Source: a virus
Taxonomy: Duplodnaviria; Caudoviricetes
DNA length: 34,126 nucleotides
Reading direction: 5' to 3' (one strand)
IMG/VR virus record: IMGVR_UViG_3300033067_000816
Location: 1 to 34,126 of that record
The translations under genes were made by a program, and so were the position numbers. The notes under the pieces were generated by a model. It was not told the DNA's origin, did no database searches, and saw only the letters and a program-made list of their open reading frames with translations. This document shows, one piece after another, positions 28,193 to 34,126 of this stretch. The first letter of the stretch is position 1, and each line of letters starts with the position of its first letter.

Positions 28193-29172
28193 TTCTTGCC
28201 CCCGAGAAACGCGCCGATGGCCTTGGCGATGCCCTTGAATTCCTCGCGCTTGCCGTAGGTACTGACGAAGGCGCGCAGCATTTCGGTGCCGTCTTCGAGT
28301 TCCGCAGCCGACCGTCTTGCCTCGCGTTCTGCGGCCTCTGCCGCGTCACGCTCGGCGCGCGCCTTGGCTTCTTCGGCCTCGCGCCTGACTCTTTCTTCCG
28401 CTTCCTTGGCCTCGCGTTCGATCCGTGCGCGTTCTTCCGCTTCAAAGCGCGACTTGCGTTCGCGTTCCTCGATCTCGCGGCGTTCGGCGTCGACCTTTTC
28501 CTGCGCTTCGCGGATGCGGCGCTCTTCGGCCTCGCGCTTGGCGCGCGCTTCTGCGTCTGCCTTGTCGCGGGCTTCCTGCGCCAGCCGGTCGGCCTCGCGC
28601 CTGGCCTTGATGGCTTCCAGTTGCTCAGCCTCGAATTTCTCGCGGGCCGCGCGCTGTTCCGCCTCGATCTTTTCCCGCTCAGCACGTTGTGCGGCTTCGA
28701 CGGCGCGCTGTTTGGCGGCGAGTTCTTCGCGCTGGCGTTCGATCTCCGCGCGCTGCTCGGACAGGACGCGTTCTTCCTCGGCCTTCCGTGCGGCTTCCTC
28801 GGCGGCGATGCGGTCGGCCTCGGCCTTCGCCTTCGCCGCCTCCTCGGCAGCCTTGCGCCGTTCGTCGGCCTTGATCTGGTCGTCAATCGGGTCTTCGAGC
28901 GCGGACAGCGCGGCAGTAATCCGGCGCGCCTCGCTGTCGATTTCCTGCGTTCGCTTGAGTGCCGGTGCCTTGATCTCGACGCGGATTTTTTCCAGTGCAA
29001 CACGGTATCCGCGAAGCTCGGCGCGGCCTTTGATTGCAGCGGCCAGCCCCTCCTTCGTGGTCACGTCGAACAACACGCCTTCATACTTCTGCCGCAATTC
29101 GGCAATTGCCGCAGCGGTGGCGTTGTATTCGGCAATGGTGGTAACCGGCTTTTCCATTACTTCGTTCATCAT
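28189..29172 (-). CDS. Coiled-coil phage protein
   Basis: YEGVLFDVTTKEG...LEKIRVEIKAP followed by E/A/R-rich coil; GGAG RBS. Confidence 0.8.
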   Translation of the reverse strand: MMNEVMEKPVTTIAEYNATAAAIAELRQKYEGVLFDVTTKEGLAAAIKGRAELRGYRVALEKIRVEIKAPALKRTQEIDSEARRITAALSALEDPIDDQIKADERRKAAEEAAKAKAEADRIAAEEAARKAEEERVLSEQRAEIERQREELAAKQRAVEAAQRAEREKIEAEQRAAREKFEAEQLEAIKARREADRLAQEARDKADAEARAKREAEERRIREAQEKVDAERREIEERERKSRFEAEERARIEREAKEAEERVRREAEEAKARAERDAAEAAEREARRSAAELEDGTEMLRAFVSTYGKREEFKGIAKAIGAFLGGKK

Positions 29173-30155
29173 ATCGCTCCTTTGTTGAGTTCGTCTTGAG
29201 TAAGCCACTGCCCCGGCTTTTCCTTCCTTGCCCGGTCGGCGGGCATGCCGTTTTCTTCGATGTCGCGGGCCTGCTGTTCTTCCCACTGCGCGAGCATGTA
29301 GGCCGGCGCTTCCGGGTAGCACACGCGCGCAGGGTATGCCGGCCAGTGTCCCGACTTTACGCACCGCTCCCACTGCTGCAATCCCGAATCGATCATCCGC
29401 GATCCAGCCTCAAGCATCGCGGGATCGACGCCGACGAGGGAACACAGATACGGCGCTTCGACCTCTTGAGCCAGGAACACGTAATCCGGCAGCACGCCGC
29501 AAGCCGCCAGCACGCCGCGCCGATACCATGCCGCCGACAGGTAGTAGCCCATGCCGATCAGTTGCGAACGCCCCCATGCTGACGGCTCGACGCTGCGCTC
29601 GGTAGTCTTGTAGTCGATCAGCACGGACCAATCGGATGAGCGCCGATCCGGCCGCATCTTGCAGAGCGTGTCGCCATCCTGCCAGATCACGGTTTCCTCG
29701 GACGCGCCGCCGTCAGGCTGGAACGCTGCCCAGACGGCCGGCTCGGTATGTTCCAGCGAGGCAATGAATTCGTGCGCCTCGGTAACCATGTCGTTGATCG
29801 CGCCCCAATCGGCGAGCAGGACGGGAATCTTCCCCTCGGCGCGCGCCTGGTCGCGTGCGGCGCGGATACTCTTGTTCGTCCAGCCTTCAGGTATTGCGCC
29901 GGTTTTCTCTGCCGGGTGGTCCTGCGGGTCGATCACCGCAACGCCTGCGCTGCTGCCTTCGAGCAGAAGAGCGTGCGCGATGCTACCCCGGTCGGTGCGG
30001 TCGCTGTTGCCGTTCTCGCGCGACGGATTCAGCCAGCTATCGGCCCAGGCTGCGCGCGGACATTCGGACAGCAGCGTCTTGATCATCGATGCCGATGCAG
30101 CTGGGGCCGCGAGGTAGTCGGCCATCGGTATTCCTGCGTGAATTCCTTGAATCAT
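29169..30155 (-). CDS. RecE/ExoVIII-like PD-(D/E)XK exonuclease
   Basis: DYLA..SASMIK, GSIAHALLLE, CKMRPD..LIDYKTT, Y.LSAAWY. Confidence 0.88.
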   Translation of the reverse strand: MIQGIHAGIPMADYLAAPAASASMIKTLLSECPRAAWADSWLNPSRENGNSDRTDRGSIAHALLLEGSSAGVAVIDPQDHPAEKTGAIPEGWTNKSIRAARDQARAEGKIPVLLADWGAINDMVTEAHEFIASLEHTEPAVWAAFQPDGGASEETVIWQDGDTLCKMRPDRRSSDWSVLIDYKTTERSVEPSAWGRSQLIGMGYYLSAAWYRRGVLAACGVLPDYVFLAQEVEAPYLCSLVGVDPAMLEAGSRMIDSGLQQWERCVKSGHWPAYPARVCYPEAPAYMLAQWEEQQARDIEENGMPADRARKEKPGQWLTQDELNKGAI

Positions 30156-30365
30156 GTTTTCCCCTTTGCTCTTTGGTGAGCGCACCAAGCCATCCCTAGC
30201 CAAGTGCGCCTTCAGTCGATTGCTCTCCGGAGCCACGACACCCGCAAGCCTTTCGTCCTCGGGTGCTTGCTTCGCCGCCCGTTGCGCCTCTCAGAACTTC
30301 CCCACGATTGCGCATTTCCCCAGCCCTCGCCCGTTATCCTGACAAGCTGGCGGCCACCAGAAACG

Positions 30366-30470
30366 CGAAAAGCCCCAATCTGCTCAAGCCTTCCCGGTGT
30401 GTGCGCACCGTTCCCCGAAGGGAGAAAGCCTGATGAGATTGGAGCTTCATCGCCGATGCGCACACATTGG
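30366..30470 (-). ncRNA. Structured leader RNA candidate
   Basis: Long imperfect stem 30370-30395 with 30420-30447; 10-bp complement 30398-30407 / 30457-30466; directly after promoter. Confidence 0.5.
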
Positions 30471-30478
30471 CAATCGAA

Positions 30479-30507
30479 ATTTTGCACGCTCATTTAGGAG
30501 TTGTCAA
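30479..30507 (-). promoter_or_regulatory. Sigma70-type promoter
   Basis: TTGACA-17 bp-CAAAAT on minus strand. Confidence 0.6.
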
Positions 30508-30510
30508 GCC

Positions 30511-31038
30511 CTACCACGAACAACCCCACGCCCCTAGCGCCGGCCTCGGTATCGGCTGCGGTATCTCTGCTGCAATCTTCTGCTGCGTTGGATTCGGCTT
30601 CGGCGCATTCCTGCCTCGGCCGATCCGGATCACCGCCGCATATCCTCCATGCGCAACATCCCACCGGACGACATGCGCGTTTGCCTGGTTGATCAGCCGT
30701 TCGCAGACCTTCCAGCATCCGGATAGCGTGCTTCCGGTCTGGTCGGCGAAGTAGCGGATTGTTCCTTCCTCGTCGCGCGCAAGGATAGCGATGATTTGTT
30801 CCCGTAGCGGTGCGTGGCGAACGCGATCCCGCGCAAGCTGCGCGGCCCGCCGCTTCGTGAAGTGCCCGCGATGCTCGCGTTTCGCCAGTTCCAGCGCGCG
30901 GGCCTTGGCAAAAATCGCATGAACAGACCTCGCGTCACCAATTTCAGCGAGTCCTTCGACAAGTTCCTGTATCGACATCGTGGCGTAATGCTTGACGAGA
31001 AAAACGGTTTGATCCAGCGGCCAGATAGCGTTACTCAT
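30511..31038 (-). CDS. Putative DNA-binding protein
   Basis: Myb/HTH-like N-terminus (W...FL.KHY..MS..EL...RS..AI..KA..L.L), wHTH-like C-half. Confidence 0.7.
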   Translation of the reverse strand: MSNAIWPLDQTVFLVKHYATMSIQELVEGLAEIGDARSVHAIFAKARALELAKREHRGHFTKRRAAQLARDRVRHAPLREQIIAILARDEEGTIRYFADQTGSTLSGCWKVCERLINQANAHVVRWDVAHGGYAAVIRIGRGRNAPKPNPTQQKIAAEIPQPIPRPALGAWGCSW

Positions 31039-31099
31039 AGCAGCACCACCGCAGGCAGGCCGAGGGCGAGGACGAACCAGAACACGTAGGCATCGGTAC

Positions 31100-31264
31100 T
31101 CATATCCGAAGATCCAGCCGGCAGATGGCGCGTTCGTAGTCGTCTTCGTCTTGGCGCAGTCGCAGGATGTGCGCGGGATTGCGGCCAGTACTGCGGGCGA
31201 TCTGGATGTCGATGCGCGTCCAAGCGAGAAGGAAGGCGTAGAAGATGCGGAGGATTGGATTCAT
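31100..31264 (-). CDS. Small hypothetical protein (54 aa)
   Basis: Manual translation MNPILRIFYAFLLAW...LDLRI*, coupled to neighbours. Confidence 0.55.
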   Translation of the reverse strand: MNPILRIFYAFLLAWTRIDIQIARSTGRNPAHILRLRQDEDDYERAICRLDLRI

Positions 31265-31458
31265 CACCACGACCCCGAGTTAATCGCGCGGGCTTCGGCC
31301 CGGTCGAACAGTGCCAATTCCTCGGCATCGTTCTCGGCCTGCGTTTTTTCCGCCAGGAGATCGCGCTCGTCGCGCTCGACGCGCTCGATGTTGTGGCACA
31401 CAAGGCTGTATCGATGCGGGAAATCGTAAGCTTTGCAACGGCAGGGTTTCGCTTTCAT
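31264..31458 (-). CDS. Small Cys/His protein
   Basis: CRCKAYDFPHR...C motif; coupled. Confidence 0.65.
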   Translation of the reverse strand: MKAKPCRCKAYDFPHRYSLVCHNIERVERDERDLLAEKTQAENDAEELALFDRAEARAINSGSW

Positions 31459-31694
31459 GATTCGAGCCTTTCCTGGTCGATGGCGTGCGCGATGTAGCGC
31501 TCATTTTCGTTGTGGCGCTTCTGGCATTCGACGCGAATCATGATCAGCGTGTCGTCGTCGATGATGCGCAGAACGTCCTCCGGATGCCCGTCGAGCCAGA
31601 GGCGAATGATCGTCGGCAGCTTGCCGCTGGTCGGCAGGTAGTCGGCGCTGAACTCATGGCCGCGCACATGCACGGTGGCAGTCTGGTGGCTCAT
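31455..31694 (-). CDS. Hypothetical protein (79 aa)
   Basis: MSHQTATVHV...; ATGA overlaps on both sides. Confidence 0.65.
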   Translation of the reverse strand: MSHQTATVHVRGHEFSADYLPTSGKLPTIIRLWLDGHPEDVLRIIDDDTLIMIRVECQKRHNENERYIAHAIDQERLES

Positions 31695-31831
31695 GTCAGG
31701 GTCAGCACGATAGCGGCGATGGCGGCGATTCCGGCCAGCACCGTAAAAACGTAAAGTCCATCCGATACTTTGTCCTGATATCGGAAATGGGCATCGCTGC
31801 ATCCGTTATCGTCGTCATTGCGGAACATCAT
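31691..31831 (-). CDS. Small membrane peptide (46 aa), first gene of leftward operon
   Basis: GAGGAG RBS; MMFRNDDDNG...YVFTVLAGIAAIAAIVLTLT*. Confidence 0.6.
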   Translation of the reverse strand: MMFRNDDDNGCSDAHFRYQDKVSDGLYVFTVLAGIAAIAAIVLTLT

Positions 31832-31863
31832 TTGCGGCTCCTCTTTCGTGATTTGGAGATTGC

Positions 31864-31891
31864 ATTATCGGCTGCCGAATAATTTTGTCAA
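31864..31891 (-). promoter_or_regulatory. Leftward early promoter
   Basis: TTGACA-16 bp-GATAAT on minus strand. Confidence 0.65.
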
Positions 31892-31898
31892 GGGGGGC

Positions 31899-31926
31899 TT
31901 GCTTTTTTTTTACGAGTGACTAGAAT
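31899..31926 (+). promoter_or_regulatory. Rightward early promoter facing HTH gene and cassette array
   Basis: TTGCTT-16 bp-TAGAAT, with ATG 8 bp downstream (leaderless). Confidence 0.6.
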
Positions 31927-31934
31927 CCAATCGC

Positions 31935-32093
31935 ATGAAGATCAAAACAGCGCATCAGATTTACATGAAAAACGTTGCAGCCAGGCGCAGGCGCGTCGCA
32001 AAGATGCGTCAGTTTGGTATGACGTGGAAAGCAATCGCTGCCGCGCTAGGGGTCAGCAGGCAGAGGGCGCAGCAGATCGGGAGCGAGATTTGA
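31935..32093 (+). CDS. Cro-like HTH regulator (52 aa; missing from ORF track)
   Basis: MKIKTAHQ...MRQFGMTWKAIAAALGVSRQRAQQI. Confidence 0.85.
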   Translation: MKIKTAHQIYMKNVAARRRRVAKMRQFGMTWKAIAAALGVSRQRAQQIGSEI

Positions 32094-32094
32094 C

Positions 32095-32162
32095 GCCCAA
32101 CGTCGGAATTCAGCGGGCTTCGCCCGCTTCTGGCGAAGCTCCGCTGGAATGTAGTGTTATGC
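32095..32162 (-). mobile_element. attC: attC recombination site
   Basis: GCCCAAC-GTCGGA-ATTCAGCGG-GCTTCGCC..GGCGAAGC-T-CCGCTG(G)AAT-GTAGT-GTTATGC. Confidence 0.9.
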
Positions 32163-32210
32163 ACCAGTTGTTAAGTTTTCCTTAACCACTGAGCAACGAA
32201 AGGAAACCGA

Positions 32211-32450
32211 ATGAACTTTACACAAGTAGATGACGTGGCGTTCGCTGGATATGACTTCGCTGCGGGCCATGGTCGCGTTCCAAAGCTGCACGACCAGTTT
32301 GACGTCGACGCATTCAATGCAGGGATTGCCAATTTCAACGCGACCCACGGGACCAATGTTCCGCCGCTCTTCGAGCGCACGCGAACGATCTGCGATGGAA
32401 CAAATGCCGGGCAGTCGTCGGATAAGTCGCTGGCGATTGTTGGTGCATAA
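32211..32450 (+). CDS. Cassette A (32101-32450) ORF, hypothetical
   Basis: AAGGA RBS; TAA stop in GCATAAC box. Confidence 0.75.
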   Translation: MNFTQVDDVAFAGYDFAAGHGRVPKLHDQFDVDAFNAGIANFNATHGTNVPPLFERTRTICDGTNAGQSSDKSLAIVGA

Positions 32451-32512
32451 CGTTTGAATTCAGCGGCTACGCGCGCTTCTTGCGCGGAGTCCGCTGGAAT
32501 GATTAGTTCGGC
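32445..32512 (-). mobile_element. attC: attC recombination site
   Basis: GCATAAC-GTTTGA-ATTCAGCGG..T-CCGCTG(G)AAT-GATTA-GTTCGGC. Confidence 0.9.
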
Positions 32513-32547
32513 GTCTTGCGAGCGCCGACTTTTGAGAGGATGGAAAC

Positions 32548-32736
32548 GTGGACATTTTGGAACATGCGTTGGCGCAGCGAATTGGTGGGGCCGATGGCGA
32601 ACTGGTTGAGGCGTTGTGCGAAGAGGTTAAGCGACTACGCGAGATTGAGGCGGCGGCTCGGAACCTTTGCAACCAGAAGGGGCGGCATAACACCGAAATT
32701 GCGATGCTGCGATTGATGAGCGTATGCGGATTTTGA
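32548..32736 (+). CDS. Cassette B (32451-32743) ORF, hypothetical
   Basis: GAGG RBS, GTG start, TGA stop 1 bp before GCCTAAC. Confidence 0.7.
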   Translation: MDILEHALAQRIGGADGELVEALCEEVKRLREIEAAARNLCNQKGRHNTEIAMLRLMSVCGF

Positions 32737-32737
32737 C

Positions 32738-32807
32738 GCCTAACGCAAAAGTTGAGGCCGACGGCGCGGCTTCTTGCGCCGGTCGCGCCTCGAACGACGG
32801 GTTGGGC
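32738..32807 (-). mobile_element. attC: attC recombination site
   Basis: GCCTAAC-GCAAAA-GTTGAGG..CCTC(G)AAC-GACGG-GTTGGGC. Confidence 0.88.
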
Positions 32808-32830
32808 GGCGAGTGACTACGGAGAGCGAT

Positions 32831-33220
32831 ATGGACTACCTGATTGCCCATATAGGGCACACACAGAAACACAACGAACACGTTTGCTGGTGGAAGCCAG
32901 AGAGCAGGGGCTACACCATCTGCATCGACAAGGCGGGCCGCTACAGCGAGGAAGAGGCGCGCAGTATCTGCACGAACGGCTTGTGTATCGCTGTTTTGCC
33001 GGAGATGGCCGCAGAGATTGCGCGCAGCACGCCCTACTACCGGAGGACAGACGGAAGCCTTGCCAAGCTTTACGACGGCGACCAGCACCGGCCAGTGCCG
33101 AACACTCTGCAAGCGTGGAAACACCTGCTGGCCGCTCGACTTGGTGGATGCGCGCACCCAGACAAGCCGACGCCGATTGGCGCGAAAGCACGGGCGATCT
33201 ACCTGCCGCCCAACGGCTGA
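32831..33220 (+). CDS. Cassette C (32744-33213) ORF, phage-type hypothetical
   Basis: GGAG RBS; WWKPESRGYT..IDKAGRYSEEEA; stop lies in next attC. Confidence 0.8.
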   Translation: MDYLIAHIGHTQKHNEHVCWWKPESRGYTICIDKAGRYSEEEARSICTNGLCIAVLPEMAAEIARSTPYYRRTDGSLAKLYDGDQHRPVPNTLQAWKHLLAARLGGCAHPDKPTPIGAKARAIYLPPNG

Positions 33221-33274
33221 AATAACCGGCGTGCCGGCATTATCGGCACGTCCGGGTTGATTGATTAGTTATGT
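33208..33274 (-). mobile_element. attC: attC recombination site
   Basis: GCCCAAC-GGCTGA-AATAACCGG-CGTGCCG..CGGCACG-T-CCGGGTT(G)ATT-GATTA-GTTATGT. Confidence 0.9.
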
Positions 33275-33299
33275 TTCTTTGCGTATATACCAAAACAAC

Positions 33300-33346
33300 T
33301 TGACAAAGTTTGATTGTGTAGATACAATATGGTTGCAGTTACACAA
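33300..33346 (+). promoter_or_regulatory. Strong internal promoter and operator-like inverted repeats in cassette D
   Basis: TTGACA-17 bp-TACAAT; ATTGT-N6-ACAAT and TTGTGTA...TACACAA. Confidence 0.75.
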
Positions 33347-33361
33347 CCAAGGAGAAACAAC

Positions 33362-33598
33362 ATGAACATCATTGAGGCGTATGCCAAGACCATGAAAATG
33401 GTAGCCGATGGGGAATCCCCGGAAAGCGCAGTAAGAATGGTGGTTGATAATTTTGACATCGATTACGACCACGATGCAGCGGCAATGATGCTGCATTGGC
33501 ATTGCCATCGGGCTGGCGGGTTTTGCGGAGTTGGAGGCTATCCTCTAAACGCCAAACGACCGAACAACAGCCTGATGAAGTGGGCCGGTGCATTATGA
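33362..33598 (+). CDS. Cassette D (33214-33774) ORF1, hypothetical
   Basis: AAGGAG RBS, ATG 33362, ATGA overlap with ORF2. Confidence 0.75.
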   Translation: MNIIEAYAKTMKMVADGESPESAVRMVVDNFDIDYDHDAAAMMLHWHCHRAGGFCGVGGYPLNAKRPNNSLMKWAGAL

Positions 33599-33774
33599 GC
33601 AACGAGCGTCGCGGAGGCGCAGGACGCGGCCAGGGGCGCAAGCCCTTGGCGAAGACGGGCGAACTGATGAAGTCGCGCCCGGTGCGAATGACAGACGAGG
33701 AATGGGCGAAGTGCAAGCGCCTTGGTGGGGCAGCATGGGTGCGGGCAAAAATCAAGGCTGCCCGTGAAACATAA
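33595..33774 (+). CDS. Cassette D ORF2, ribbon-helix-helix-type DNA-binding protein
   Basis: RGGAGRGQGRKP...SRPVRMTDEEWAK...GGAAWVRAKI; TAA in ACATAAC. Confidence 0.8.
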   Translation: MSNERRGGAGRGQGRKPLAKTGELMKSRPVRMTDEEWAKCKRLGGAAWVRAKIKAARET

Positions 33775-33852
33775 CGTGCTAGCTGACCGGCGCGAGCCGA
33801 TAGGCGAAGCGTCCAATGAGCGAAGCGAATGTGGTCGAGCGGAGGGTTAGAA
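33769..33852 (-). mobile_element. attC: attC recombination site (longer variable region)
   Basis: ACATAAC-GTGCTA-GCTGACC..GGTC(G)AGC-GGAGG-GTTAGAA. Confidence 0.85.
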
Positions 33853-33856
33853 GGCT

Positions 33857-34066
33857 ATGCAAACGAAGGCGACTGGTTTTGTGCTTATAACCCCGACTGG
33901 CGCGATTTGGGCCGAGACATTCAGGCCCACGCGGGATGCCGCAAAGGGATGGCTGGCAATGCAGAAAATGAGCGACGGGCGATACCACGATTGGAAGCAT
34001 TACTACCGGGCAGGATGGCGCTGCAAGCCGGCGACGGTTCAATTGGTGGAGCCTTCTAACGTTTGA
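33857..34066 (+). CDS. Cassette E (33775-34059) ORF, hypothetical
   Basis: 69 aa, fills the cassette; stop lies in next attC. Confidence 0.75.
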   Translation: MQTKATGFVLITPTGAIWAETFRPTRDAAKGWLAMQKMSDGRYHDWKHYYRAGWRCKPATVQLVEPSNV

Positions 34067-34121
34067 ATTCAGCGGCTACGCGCGCTTCTTGCGCGGAGTC
34101 CGCTGGAATGATTAGTTCGGC
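34054..34121 (-). mobile_element. attC: attC site, second copy of the start of cassette B
   Basis: 34057-34126 is identical to 32448-32517 (70 bp). Confidence 0.88.
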
Positions 34122-34126
34122 GTCTT

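Noticed and set aside
2974-29200. Many long antisense ORFs in the track (e.g. 2974..4071, 13846..15087, 17972..19120, 28286..29188)
   Set aside because: Shadow frames of GC-rich genes; no motifs or RBS.
30430-30479. Hammerhead ribozyme core CTGATGA-GATTG...CAATC-GAAA on +
   Set aside because: No convincing stems I/III or NUH cleavage site, and the promoter points to the minus strand.
32171-33816. Minus-strand ORFs as the true canonical cassette genes
   Set aside because: They lack RBSs and mostly do not fit cassette boundaries, whereas + ORFs have RBSs and end at the R boxes.
32095-34126. CRISPR array or REP/terminator repeats
   Set aside because: Repeats differ in sequence, the spacers are whole genes, there are no U-tracts, and R/L boxes with bulges fit attC.
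34057-34126. Terminal repeat indicating a closed circular genome
   Set aside because: The repeat matches an internal position (32448), not the window start.

Overview
Near-complete genome of a GC-rich tailed phage with podovirus-type architecture (portal, scaffold, capsid, tail tubular A/B, ejection proteins, terminase, tail fibre, holin and lysozyme on +; a RecE-like/AAA recombination operon on -). The host is probably a betaproteobacterium, which is an inference. The window appears to be opened inside the most unusual region. The rightward early operon, between a Cro-like HTH gene (31935-32093) and the replication genes, holds an array of integron-type attC cassettes: 8 attC hairpins, 7 complete cassettes of 285-561 bp and 2 partial ones, spanning 32095-34126 and 1-732. 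No integron integrase is visible. Extrahelical bases show that + is the attC bottom strand, so every cassette ORF is inverted relative to canonical integron cassettes. The ORFs would be read from the phage early promoter, and an attI-like simple site lies at the far end (710-732, minus strand). Products are assigned from motifs and synteny only; no database search was possible.
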